DNA of 64,000 nt from Convolutriloba macropyga (lineage: Eukaryota). Position 1 is the stretch's first letter. Each line of letters opens with the position of its first letter. Below, one piece after another: positions 36,617 to 49,276 of the stretch. The stretch covers positions 21,204,001 through 21,268,000 of the forward strand of contig NC_134472.1 in NCBI RefSeq assembly GCF_964194025.1, written 5' to 3'. A model generated the notes under the pieces. That model ran no database searches. It was not told the DNA's origin and was given only the letters and a program-made list of their open reading frames with translations. Position numbers and translations under genes: made by a program.

Positions 36617-38935
36617 TTATATTTGGAGATAGAAGTACTCGTCTTCGCGGAAGTTTTGACTGTTCATGTCAGTTGTTGACTGACTTCTCAGGGCCAACTG
36701 CAAATTGCCACCTCCCAAGCTCCTATGGTCACGTGGTAGACTGTTGAACATGTCATTACGATGCTCTTGAGTTACTAACTCTGGCAGCGATGATGTGCTA
36801 GTTTTATACCCTCTCATCTGGTCAAAAAGTCTGAATGAGCGCATTTGTGGATAGTGACCTGGTCTGTTTTCAGGGATATAAGAGGTCTTCAGGTCACTGT
36901 TTGCACGGTTCCGATGCTTCTCATAATTTGTCACAAACAGGCGTGGAGTTGTGTCGTGGTCCTGCAATGTTGCATGTTCTGGCAGCGGGTTCAATACAAA
37001 GTTGTAATAGTCACTGGACCTGCTGGCGTTCTCCGCTCGGCTGCTGGAACCCGTCGATCCCGAGGAGCCATGCTCTACGTTTGATCTTGTGCCTGCTTTT
37101 TGGAATTCATTTCGAGGGTGCTCCAAATTGCTGCCGCTGTATGGTGTCGGTAAATTTTCTGGCGGCCGGATTCGTTCTTCATCGAATCGTGGTGAAAGGT
37201 TGAAATACATCATTTTTGGGTCGGAATGATGGAATCCTTGGTTATCAAATGCGTTGATTTCGTTACAAGAAGCGTACTTACGTGTGTACCCATTGAGAAA
37301 AGTTGGTTGACCTTGAGGTTCTATCGGACTCGCGTTAATATCGTACATTGACGATGAGTTTGTTGCTAAGTAAACTGGACGAGCAATTTTTGCCATGAAA
37401 TCTTCGTCAGTTCCATATTGACCATTGCGCATAACTGCATCTTCATATCTGTTCTGGATGCCAGGATTTCCATAAAGCCCATTACGAGAAACGGGTCGTT
37501 GAAGGGTGTCCCGATTCCCATACTCGTCTGGCATGCAGTAGACATTTTCCATAGGGGTTGAAGTTAAAGCTCTCTGTTGTGGTAAAGCTGTGACTGGTCT
37601 TTGTTCCGTTAGGTTCTGGAACACTCCCACATCAACAGGGACAAAGCTTGCGGTAGTGTCGAGCACCCCATTTTCAGTCCTTGGGTTTGTGAAGTAGCTC
37701 AACTCATTTCCTTGAGTTTCGCCTGTTTGTAGTGTCTTGGTTCCTCGCCAGGCTCGGCAATATTTGCTGGTTATAAGTATCGTAATGCTGACCAAAATTA
37801 TAATGATAAAAATTGCTGCAATTGTGATAATTATCGATAATAGAATTTCATTGACTTTGGAATCCGAGTTCCCTTGACTCTCGGCTGCTGGCAGTGTGTC
37901 GCTGACCAGATAATCGGAGGCGCGAGTTGCTTGTGTTATGGCGTAGTGTTCCCCATCAGGGCATATAAAGGTTCTGCTTTCAAGAACCCAGAGTAAATAT
38001 CGCGTGTCAGGTGTAAGTTTCTTAGACAGAATTTGAGGAAGAAATTTGGTATCAATTATTGCAGTCTGATCGGTTCTTGCAGATGTCTGCAGATCTGACA
38101 CTATATTGTGAATGAGATCATTGCTTTGTTCGTTGCAAGAAGCGAAGCCTTTTAGGTCAATATCAATCGGAGGAGTTTTAAATCTTTCTTGGGTGAATTC
38201 CTCTACTAATACTAGATAAACAGGAGAACCCAGAATTGAGTTGTCATCGTCAGTATTCGAGACGTCCGATGCCAACTTGACCTCAAAATGGGTAGAGAAA
38301 GTGTGAACAATTATAGATCGGCTCTCAATTAAGCAAATGATCTCGTAGTCGATTTCAATCTCAGTCGCTCCTAGAGAGTTCCTCGCAATCGTTTCAATTG
38401 GCAGTGTTAAGTAAGGCAATGTCAAAGTCTGGTTCACTTTATCGTAAGCGTCATTGAGTTCGATGCTGTTGTGATAAATATAGATATCGGGTTCGGGGTA
38501 TCCATCGACGTCAAATACTAACTTGGTCGGGAACCGTTCGAGGATTCGAAATTGTTGGCTTCCGCTCATTAGACTAACTGGCTTGTATTTGACCTTGACG
38601 TACGAAGCAGCCGAGGACTGAACTGCTTCGATTTCGTTTGAAGCCAGGCAAAAGTAGGTGCCGCTGTGGTCTTTGGTGACATTTGTAATTGTGATCTTGG
38701 ATTCGTAATTAAACCCTCCCAGAGAGGTATCAACTTGGACGAAACGGACCTGGTTACCATTGAACATCCAGATGATTTCGGTTTGATCCGGTGCGTTGTT
38801 GATATTGCAGACGATAGTTAGTGTCTGACCAGAGTCGATTTCGATATTGACATCTTCCATTGAAACGCTCAGCTCACTTCTTCCTTCTCGTAGAAGGATA
38901 AAGATGATCAGTACTAGCAGTTGTCGAGTCATCAT
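36617..38935 (-). CDS. Single-pass type I membrane protein with N-terminal Ig domain and long Tyr-rich cytoplasmic tail, 772 aa, intronless
   Basis: Signal peptide LLVLIIFILL; Ig signature IVC..IIW..DHSGTYFCLASN; partial second Ig (VDGYPEPDI); TM segment ILLSIIITIAAIFIIIILVSITILI; about 380-aa low-complexity tail. Confidence 0.9.
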   Translation of the reverse strand: MMTRQLLVLIIFILLREGRSELSVSMEDVNIEIDSGQTLTIVCNINNAPDQTEIIWMFNGNQVRFVQVDTSLGGFNYESKITITNVTKDHSGTYFCLASNEIEAVQSSAASYVKVKYKPVSLMSGSQQFRILERFPTKLVFDVDGYPEPDIYIYHNSIELNDAYDKVNQTLTLPYLTLPIETIARNSLGATEIEIDYEIICLIESRSIIVHTFSTHFEVKLASDVSNTDDDNSILGSPVYLVLVEEFTQERFKTPPIDIDLKGFASCNEQSNDLIHNIVSDLQTSARTDQTAIIDTKFLPQILSKKLTPDTRYLLWVLESRTFICPDGEHYAITQATRASDYLVSDTLPAAESQGNSDSKVNEILLSIIITIAAIFIIIILVSITILITSKYCRAWRGTKTLQTGETQGNELSYFTNPRTENGVLDTTASFVPVDVGVFQNLTEQRPVTALPQQRALTSTPMENVYCMPDEYGNRDTLQRPVSRNGLYGNPGIQNRYEDAVMRNGQYGTDEDFMAKIARPVYLATNSSSMYDINASPIEPQGQPTFLNGYTRKYASCNEINAFDNQGFHHSDPKMMYFNLSPRFDEERIRPPENLPTPYSGSNLEHPRNEFQKAGTRSNVEHGSSGSTGSSSRAENASRSSDYYNFVLNPLPEHATLQDHDTTPRLFVTNYEKHRNRANSDLKTSYIPENRPGHYPQMRSFRLFDQMRGYKTSTSSLPELVTQEHRNDMFNSLPRDHRSLGGGNLQLALRSQSTTDMNSQNFREDEYFYLQI

Positions 38936-41900
38936 TTAGAAGAACGCCGAGATTTTATTTCCATCACATATATGTTACAAAATAAACAACGAGATAACTG
39001 AGACCTTTTTATGCTGTACGATACCATATCAATATGTCTTGCTAATTGAAGCCAGATGTACAAATTTACGCCAATAATGTGGCTATCAAGCTGAGAAATT
39101 GTTTACGTGGCAGAATGTATGCAATTCTCTTGTCAACGAGTAAATTTGAAATAAAGCGATACCCAATAGGTTTCTCTCCATTTTATTAACAATGTCTGTT
39201 GGAGTTAAATTGAATTAATAAGTGGTAAACGGAAACATAATGATCTTTCATAGTTTTTTGATGGCAATTTTCATTTTAAAGGTTCCGACAATAGAATATT
39301 ATTTTGAGACTAATTTTTTAAAATGATGATATAATCCGTGGAAACGATAACGTGAAATTTGCACAACTAAATATAATCAAGTCTTCGCGAATAAATCGAA
39401 ATATGATGAATCTTTTTCAGAAACCACATACGGAATCAATATATCAAGGACGGGGAAATTCAGTGAGAGAAAATTCCATAAAATTATTAGGAATAAATTT
39501 ATATGGATAGATGCTAGATAGACAATGAGGAATAAAACATAGGATTGAATGAACAAACAATGATTGGTACTATTTATGGCTGCCGAAATTATGGAAGTAC
39601 TAGAAGCGCTTTGCGGGAGGCTATAAAATTGAGCTTAAAGCAACCACGTATGTTTGCTGCTGTTTGTGTGCTTTCCTCATCTCATCCATTGTTTTCATGC
39701 GCAGTGTTTTCTTTGTTCACTCCAAACTCAATTTGGAGCCAAACGCAGGTGGATCTACTTTAGTTCCATTCCTGTTAAAAAACGGCACTTTTTTAGTATT
39801 TATTTTTATCCAATTTATTAAGATTGTTTGCTCAGAATTCTTCAAATCTGTTTTGTTAAGATCTCAAATCCGTTCCGTGCCAAATCAGCTTGAGAAATAT
39901 GTTCTCAACCGAGGAACAACAAGCCAAAAAGTGGCAAAAACGAACGTAAAAACTGCAAAATAATCCAAACAAAATAAATGGTGCACAATTATATCGCATA
40001 GAATTCGCTAAAATTGTGGAAACGTTTTTATACAAGAACTCACGATGAAAATTATTTGATTGTAAAATTGTATGTTTGAACACTAATCCGACAATACTTG
40101 TGGCAATAAATTTTTAATCAGTAATGACAATTTCAATTTTATGGCCTTCTATTTCATGGAATGTTTTCGAGTTCCCATTTTTGAGATTTACCATTCTTAA
40201 GCTGATTTACTAATTATACTACAATATAAACATGAGCAGGTGGCGAGGAAATTGTTTTCATATCAGACGCTGAATAAAAGCAATCGTTAATTTATGGCGC
40301 CTTGTTTGAGATTTTTGTGGTCGTAGGCGTAGACCAGGAAGAAAAAGCCTCTCATAAATCAAAGTAGCTTGTTTTCGCGTACTAAAATAAGCGATCATTG
40401 ACTTAATAAACCAATCCATTGTTTTATGAAATTTTTTTTAAAAAGAAGCATTGTGACGTGTTTATAAAAATGGATTAATTGATTAGGTCTGAGAGGAGAG
40501 CTTTAAAATTGATATTAAAATTGATTTTCTTTCATCGATGTCTCTTTTAAACAATCTTGTTTAATCAGATGAATTCACAATGTACCATCACATTCGATGG
40601 TCTTTTAAAGTGCAACTCGAACAATACGACAAGTATATTGCAATACTTTAATTATGACAACCTAAATGAGTCTAAGTCTTGTCAAGCTGTTGTTTTGGTG
40701 TCCCCGCTCATTGGGTGAGACAAAACAGTTATTTGGTCGTTTGTGTCGGCTCGTTTTTGACAAATTTTTCATCAACAAATCGGCTCTAGTTTGGGCGAGT
40801 TTTATTTTTAAAAATGGGACAATCAAGTGGCTTTATCTAGATAGTTATTCTATTCAAATGTTCAAGTTACATAATTATCTCAGATACCGTTCAAAAATGT
40901 TTTTAAAAATCACTTTGAAAATGCAAGCAATGAAATAGCTGTTGACAGCTACCCTACGTAATAAATTTTGTTCAAGTAGGCACCATAGTTGGCAGGCCAA
41001 TTCACTCACTATGAATTTTTTCATAAATCATTTTCAACGGAAATGTTTTTTTAAGGTTTTAGGAATGTAAGTGCAGTTATTTGTACAAAAATGTTGGAAA
41101 AACAGCAGCTGCATAGTTTTTCATTGCTATTGTATTATAAAAATGGAGCGTCTAATTTTGTTGGTCGCTTCTTTTTCAAGGTAAATTAGATGGCCTTGTG
41201 GACGAAAACTCTCTGTGGTAGTGTTGTTTTCAAACTTCTTGTGCCCAAGTACAATGTACAAACCCTCAAACGTGTTGGAACAAAATTACATACAACAAAA
41301 ATTAGGTGAGAACAATCAGTTTCTAATTTTGTCCAAAATATAGCTCGCTTCTACTTTCTTTGCTTCTGTGCAGTCGAAATCTCCGAAAAGCCCTTTCACG
41401 TTCTATATCATTAAGGAAACATCGATCATGCTTTTTTGTATTTTTGCACGCGTTTTTTTTATTAGTGGCAAGTTTGAAATTGACTCTTCGTTCACTTGAG
41501 ATGTTTGTTAAATGAAAAGACAAAAAAAAAAACAATTGCAACTCTGGACAAACTTTTCCAAGAAAAAGTACAAATTAGGAATTGGACGATGCATTCTGTT
41601 TTAAAAATTTACTTTGTTGATTGTAAATCATGGTTAACCAATGACCAACGCCCTTTTTTTCACGTAAACCAGTTAAATTAACGGAAACGTTGAGCTTAAG
41701 TTTTTTTGGGTAAAAATTTTTGAAAGCTTAATTTTTGGAAAGCTCTGAATTGTTCTCAAGAGATTTTGTGCTGTCATTTCACACCGTTTCTAGGTCTCAA
41801 TTGACATTTATGAGAGGTGAGTGGATGTTCTCGGATTTGTAGATGGAATCCGTTCTGCAATCTGAAAACATAATAGAGAGCATTTCAAGTTGATATTTCT

Positions 41901-43260
41901 TATTTTGAGAAAGTATTGTCGATTAGGGAAACTGCGAACTATCCTCTCACGTATTCAGTAAGAGAAAATCCTGCAGTATGAGGCTGAAGCATTTAAGAGT
42001 TAATCAAGAGCTGGTGGCAGGACAATTTACCCAATTCAGTTATACCCAACCTGCCATTTTACCCAATGCCAACTTGCCCAAGAGCTGAAGAGCTATTTTG
42101 TTTAAGGAAGGTTTTTGAGCCAATTTCTCTGCACTTACCAAGAAGCTCGATAAACTTGAACGCCTTTTATGAGCACTGGAAAATAGTTTTTATCATTTAA
42201 TAACTGTACATAGACTACTCATCCCCATATGCACCGAGGGTGTCTCCTATGAAATTGGAGTTGTTGTGGACTGCATTTCTCATATAGACTTCTGTTTTCT
42301 CCAATAGAGTAATTTGTTTGTTTTGAATCTAAATTGATGTTTTTAAATTTACCTTCATATTTTGACGGTTGTTATGAGTTTTACTCTATAAATTTGAATG
42401 AAGTTGTCTGACTTCATGCCTTCAGCAATTCTCCAGTAGGCTTGCCGGCTAGTCCACTCTTGAATGACTTTGTACATAATGATATTCTCTTTGTTTCTGT
42501 GTTTTTTCAGGACGAATCAAATTATTGTGTTACAATAAAGGAGTAAGCGTATATAGGGCATATAATCATCTCGGCTACTTTTGGAAACGTCGTTGCCAGG
42601 AAAGCTGTAGCTAGTACGTCAGTTTTTCGCAATCTTCTCAAAATGCTATCACATAAGAGGCTTATTCATTAACCTTTGCCTTTTTGATCATTCAGTCAAT
42701 CGGGAAAAAAATGTGCATTGTAACTTTTAATTGTAGGATTACTTAAATATTGTTTTCATTTTTTAAAGCCAATCTTTTTGGAGGTTATATATCAAAATTA
42801 ATTCAGTTGGGCAAATAATTGAATTATTGCAGATTTTACTGATTTTGGATGAGGCAATTTGTTTGGATAAATAATTATTAGTTGACCTTTCCTTACCTAT
42901 CTGTTCAAACAGCACAGCCAGTCAACGAACAATTGTTCATTAACCATAAAACCAACAAGATCATTTGGTTTCATTGTTTCCATTTTTAAAATATATATAT
43001 TTGAAAGGGAATCAAATTTCAGCTGTTCATAATTCACTTCATATCAAAACAATATTTCCCAATTATGGTTTGAAATTCACTTTTATGGCTTTAAACCTGT
43101 CTGCATGGCCCGCAGCGCATCAATTATTTTGACGTTGAATATCCAAATATCCAAGCCTTGTATGACAGGCTTGAAATAGGCCATAATGTCTGGAAAAATG
43201 CTTCAAATTGGCAATAACTGGAGCTTGGAATGGGATTGTTCACGTTTCAGATCAGTAACT

Positions 43261-43454
43261 ATGGATCAAAGTGAACTTGACAAGTACATATGCAAAGAGC
43301 AACCTACCGAGACGAAAGGGTACTACATGCAGCAGACCATGATGCGGATAAAGGACCCGAGAAAGAGTCTAGACTTTTACACTAGAGTGCTGGGAATGCG
43401 TCTTCTCTACAAAGCGGACTTTCCGGAGGCAGAGTTCACGCTCTTTTTCATGGG
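43261..43454 (+). CDS. GLO1: Lactoylglutathione lyase (glyoxalase I), coding exon 1
   Basis: [31 protein letters not shown]; donor gtatgc at 43455. Confidence 0.95.
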
Positions 43455-43912
43455 GTATGCATGGAAGACTCAAATTGTCAATCGGATTCACCTTGGAGCA
43501 CGTTTGCAATTGATAGCTGGGCTTCTCTTACTTTAGCCCACCACACCCCTCACCCGCACGCGCTCATGTTATCATAGGCCGTTCTAAATTATTCCTCCTA
43601 AGACGGCGATGTATTTCTGTTGAGGCTTACTCTGGAATATAAAATCTAAGAATACACAAATGGGTTATCATAAAGACCAAACTTATATCCATTTAATAAC
43701 TTTCTGAAAATCTCATTGTCCATGTAGAAAGAACGATTTCTCACGATTGTCGAATAGATACAGCTTATCACAGACGACGAATGTCAAAAATGAGGTAACA
43801 GAAACTTAACATCGCATCAGTTCGTTCAAACTGTTTAGAGGCAATTTTATGTTCAACGATTTCATGAAATGATAAGCTTCTCTAGTAGTCTTTCGGAATT
43901 ATTTATGAACAG

Positions 43913-44105
43913 GTATCTGGACGAGTCTGTGAAGATCCCTGAGGATCCGGAGGAGGCCAAGAAGTTCTGTCTCTCCCAAGTGGGAACAGTGGAGTTAACC
44001 TACAACTATGGCACTGAGAAAGATGATGCCTTTGCCTACCATAATGGCAACTCCGACCCCAGAGGCTTCGGCCATATTGGGGTGGCTGTTGATGATCTTC
44101 ATAAG
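43913..44105 (+). CDS. GLO1: Glyoxalase I, coding exon 2
   Basis: VELTYNYGTE..YHNGNSDPRGFGHIGVAVDD; acceptor AG ends at 43912, donor gtgggt at 44106. Confidence 0.95.
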
Positions 44106-45234
44106 GTGGGTGTTTAAGGGACGCAAAAGGAAATGGAGCCAAACCTTTATTGGCGATTTGAAATGCTTTGTTCTTGTCATCAAAATCCTCTTAAAATTAG
44201 CTTATTTTCAGAGCTAGGGAGACCATTTTTTGTGGTCATGTCAAATGGTAGAAAATAGTATAACAGCTGCCAGTGTCCACAATTTTTCCTCGCCTTTGGA
44301 CATTTTCTCGCCTAATCCTTTGGCGCAATTTCCTTCCGTAACAAGTCTGTTTTTCAATTATCTGAAAACCGAACGACATTTGGACCGCAACTTTTCCCCT
44401 TAATGGAAAGACATTTTTAAAACATTTTTTGGAGAAAATATAGGGAGTCAATATATTCGTCTGCAAAAATGCAGAAAGCTAGCAAAACTAGCAATCGAGG
44501 AATCCAGCTAAGCACTCTAGCTACTAATTTGATTTATTTTGTACTCCAAAGACTCCAAAAGTTTCTTATTTCTTATTTCCTCAAAAAACATGGAAAAAAT
44601 TTCCGGAAAACAATAACCTTAGAGCTAAGATGATATTTTATTATAGATCTAGCCATAGACGGTTCGGATAGAAGCGAAATGATGGAAGAAAAAGTCTCCC
44701 AAATTTTTCACAGTCTGGCGTAGTCCGGCAAGTTGTTTTATTTGGTCAGTTTTTATCTCAAAAATTTTTTTCCTCATTAAAATGTTTTTCAAATTTCTGA
44801 GAACAAAATTGGGGGTCGCTGTATTAAGATAAACGCTAAAAGTTAAAATAGTTGAAAATTTATCCCCCGTTGATTGATATCTCCCTAAATATCAAACCAA
44901 TCATTGGTCAATGCTGAAACAGCTTGCCAAATTAGTTTAAAACTAAGAATTTGAATTTTTCCAAAAATGCATTTGTTTTCACAGATAAATTTAGAAGAGC
45001 TACTTCCCGGTGGTGTGTGCGTAATAGTAATATCTGAGTTGCTCACAGTTCCAAACCGAATGTTAACTATAAAATAACAAATTGAAAATATTTGAAACTG
45101 CCGGTGAAAGGAACCCCCCCCCCCCCCCATTGCTGCCCCCCCCCCAAATAACTTATTAAAGGTAATGTTATGGTTATACCTAGTCTGGCAACATGACTAA
45201 CTTGATGTAAGAAGTCTCTGCTTTTTTGTTCCAG

Positions 45235-45366
45235 GCTTGCGATAGATTTGAGAAGCTGGGAGTTGAGTTTCAAAAGAGACCACAAGATGGTAGAATGAAA
45301 CACATTGCTTTCATCAGGGATCCGGACAATTACTGGATCGAGATATTCGCCGCTTCCAAATTCTGA
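45235..45366 (+). CDS. GLO1: Glyoxalase I, coding exon 3
   Basis: [43 protein letters not shown]-stop. Joined CDS is 519 nt (172 aa) and keeps the Q, E, H, E metal ligands. AATAAA at about 45398 and 45437. Confidence 0.95.
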   Translation, partial: ACDRFEKLGVEFQKRPQDGRMKHIAFIRDPDNYWIEIFAASKF

Positions 45367-46057
45367 TTCCAGTTCTGCCTTCCTTCTGATTTCTACTAAT
45401 AAATCAGTACTTGATTTACCACTGATACAATTGTTTAATAAATGTAAATCAATTGGTAACTTTGCTGTAAAAATGGATAATCGCCTTATATTTTCATAAA
45501 TAATGTGTAAAATTTGTTGGGTGTCGAGCTTACATTCAACTTACATTTGAAAAATTGTCTTGAAGCAATTCTGTTCTATTATGGTCACTATATGGAAAAA
45601 CCGTGGAAAAATGGAGTGAAACCATGGATTATATTGCGTGTACAGATGTCTGTAGCGAATTGAATAATAGACTAAGCCATTGAAAGCAAAGATTTTCACT
45701 CACTGTGGAAAATTAGATGCCTCCGTTGTTTTGTTTTACATGTGCTTTCTTCTTTTCAGAGTTCAAATGTAATGTACTGCAACTAAGAGTCTATTTCATT
45801 CCATTTCAAGTTCACCTCAAAACGTGCTTAATACGGATAGTTGAGACAAAAGATTTCTTTTAACCTCTCGGCAAGCGCGCTTAAAATAGACTAAAAACTG
45901 CTTTCTTCCAATTGTGATCTCAAATTTACCACAAGAAGATTGATAGCTAGCTGAAAGAACCCATTTTATGAGGTGAACTGGTTTCTGTGAGCGAACTGAT
46001 TGGAAAAACTGTTAATTGGCACCTTAGGGGAAAACTTAATCGCTTGACTTGCGAAAA

Positions 46058-46124
46058 ATGGCTGGTTCAGCTCTCAAACGGCTTATGCACGAGTACAAAC
46101 AATTGACACTGCAACCTCCTGAAG
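46058..46124 (+). CDS. UBE2G2: Ubiquitin-conjugating enzyme E2 G2 (Ubc7), exon 1
   Basis: MAGSALKRLMHEYKQLTLQPPE(G); donor gtaatt at 46125. Confidence 0.93.
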
Positions 46125-46388
46125 GTAATTATTAATGAACTGCAGTAATGCATTACATAGTTTTTTGTCCGTATAAAAATTAGATAACAAAGGTATGGTA
46201 AACAATTAAGTAAAATCAGTTTAAAGTAAAATATGAAGAATTTTGTAATTTTGTCGTTAGAAGGCGTCTAGATGGGGACTGGCTAGGACCAAAAATTCTA
46301 TCAAAATTTAGAAAGATCTGTGCGGTAGTTCCTCTTGTTGTTGGAAGTGTACTGTTTTCTTCCAAGAAGGTTGCTTTCGTGACTGTTT

Positions 46389-46842
46389 AATGGCTCTCAA
46401 ACGAGAATTGTAGCAATTATATTAGACCTGTGGTCTTTTTGCGCAATTTTCTGCTTGACCGTTTTGACTTTTCGTCCTCGAAAGCGAAATAAACCGTTAA
46501 AGTTCGGAGGGCATTAAGTGGCTGGGCAGCCCTCTTAGAGCCTGACGCTTTACTAGTCTCAAAGTATGTGATTCAAAAAAAAGTGTTTTGAGGAGACAAT
46601 TTTATGGTGTGTAGGGCTTTCTCTAATCTTAAATGTTTGACCCACTCTGTCATCGCCACACCTAGGTCACCTCCACCCTTCAGTCACCAGTCCACCCTCC
46701 TCCATCTGGCGATTTGGACCCCCCTCTCTTCACACCATCCTAACCCAGCTCGACTGCTAACATCCCTAAACCCCAGCTGGCTACCTAAGCCAACTGCTCG
46801 CCGGTCATTTGAGAGAATTTTGCCCGATTTTAGTCGGTTAAG
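46389..46842 (+). mobile_element. HINE-like family V element
   Basis: 5' AATGGCTCTCAAACG..AGCAATT; 3' TTTGAGAGAATT + CCGATTTTAGTCGG + TTAAG. Confidence 0.7.
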
Positions 46843-49276
46843 TCTCCAGTTTTTGTTATCTTTAAGGGAAATAACCAGCTTTTGGATACCTGAAAAAACT
46901 CGCTGTTTTCATTGTCTGTACAATTGTTCGTTGCACCAACAGTTCCATTTAGATGCGAATGGAACTTAAGGAATCAACATTTTACGGGGGGTGGGGTGGG
47001 GTAGCTTCAGGTGCTTTTTTCAATAAATGAGTTCATGTTGCCAAAACTCTTCCGAACAACCCTTGTGTTTTTCTGTACATTTCAAGAGTTCTAAGCAATC
47101 TTTTTTCTTTTCTACTAGTCTCAGGCATCAAACGTAATTCAGAACTCATTATTTCCACCGAACACTTGGCTTGGAAAATTCTGGCTTATAGAAAGTCTTA
47201 GAGCTACATCTTAGAGCTCATTTTTAGAGCTACATCTTATTGATTCTCCATTGTAAAACAAGAAAAGCTCCGGTAAAGTTTAGTTTTTTATCTTAAAGTT
47301 ATATAGACGCTTTGGTTTTTCCCGCATGGAAGTTCGTCACGCAAGTCTTTGTTACAATTTCTATTCTTGTCTACATTAGTCAGTAGCTGGCAAATTATTC
47401 TTCAATTTGTTGAAAAATCAAAAAATAAGGTGCTTAAAAGCAGGTTTTGCCTCTTAGACATTTTGTTGACTAAATTTTGTTTTTTGACTGAGTTTAAGTT
47501 CTCCTAACGTGGGCTTTTAGAGGTTGCATTTTAGGGTTTGGGAAGAGCACTGGAACCAAACTACTATTAGTTTTTGCAAAGTCTTTTGTTCTTCCATTCC
47601 TAATTAATTTGAAATTGCTGCATATATTCTCATTTGGATTTATTTCTGACATGTCGGCAAATTGGTAGCTTATGGGAATCTAGTTTTGTATTTGTTTGAG
47701 CAGATCTATTATTTGTTTAATCAGAAACGATTATTTGTTTAATCAAAAAAATTTCACTGCTCTTGTCCGTAGTTTGTTTGTTTATTTTATAAATACGAGC
47801 AAGATTAGCTACAAAATTTTGCAAACTAACTAACTCCTCAATATCAAAGTTTCAAATAAGTGTTCATGGCGTCGGATTGTTAAAATTATGGTGTCAGCGA
47901 CTACTGAATAATGAATCAATTTCTTTGAGCTTATCCCAAGATAATGAAGTTTGTTGAAATCGGTTTTTAAGCATTCTTCCGTTATTTTTGTCAAGGAACT
48001 TTACACTACGAAAAAATCAGGTTAAGTTTTTCAACATTCAAACCAAAAATGTGATAAGCTGTTAAAAGTTGTTCTCCATCAGGGTACTAGCTTCTTGTGT
48101 TATGAGCACAAGCACTGTTCCACGGTCATGCAGTTTTTTTTACGAAAATTGTCTGTCAGATAATTGAATTTTGGGAGCATAAAATCAAATATCTGTGCCA
48201 GTTTAAAACAATGACTATACCTGAGCAATTTGAAATGATATGTCCATTGTCACACTCCATATAGTTCTTCAAATTTCAGCGGAAAGACCTTGGTTTGTGA
48301 TGGACATTTAGTTATAATTTTTTGCAGAATTTGTTCGTTATAGATTCAGCAAGATATTTGTGCTGCTTATATTGGAGAACCTCTTTTGTGTTTTGAAGAT
48401 TTCTGTATAGATGTGTCGTGAAGGTTTTATATTGTGAAGGCGAGTGGACACATTTTGTATATCGAACCTTGCATGAGCCTAATTGAGCCTACGCAAGATT
48501 GAAAATTAGCCTGAAGCAGACAAATTCTGGTTTAAGTTCATAATGGTGTTTGGTCTTGTGGTTGTCTTGGTTTGTAAAAATAAGCAGGTGTTTTGTAGCA
48601 AAATTTTGTGATACCATGAATAATTAATGCTTGATATTTACGTGCAGACATCTTAAAAATCAAACTCCCTCGCAATGTCTGCCATGGCTTTGCATTTTAC
48701 AATCAAGTTTGACGGAGGTCTTTTTTGATAGTGTGATTATGTCTTACATATGCATAAGTATGCATGCGTCTTAAATATAAACGAATTAAGACTGTTTTAT
48801 CCCACTTAGAAGTTTAGAAAAATAAACTGAATAACAAATTGTTGTGAAAAGCAAAAAAGAGCATCATGACGCCAAGCCTTATATAGACTATTGAATATGT
48901 ATATCATATTTAGTAGAATTTGATTTTTCTGCCAAACAGAGTATTATGAGCTTTAAATAGGATAATCTTATATCCCAAAAGCAATAGGTCAATGTTATAT
49001 GTAGTTGAGACCGTACCATGTACAGGTGGAATAACTCGAACGAAGCGGTGTCAAACGATTGCATGCAATAAAAAATTGGTTAGTACAGTGCTGTGGATAG
49101 GTTCATTTTTTATCTTGGAGGTAATTATTCGTCAATGAATTTGAGAGACAACTCAATTTCTTGAAAACGTGCCAAAACTCTGAATTTTTGGCAGGCGTGT
49201 TCTTACATCTTCAGCATATAAGAAGAGCACGGTTTTAAAACATCGTTTATGCAAAATATGAATACTTTATTTTGTT

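Noticed and set aside
47900-48720. Possible decayed transposase on the - strand
   Set aside because: Composition looks coding-like but the frames I read are broken and I could not recognise a motif; needs a translated search against a TE protein library.
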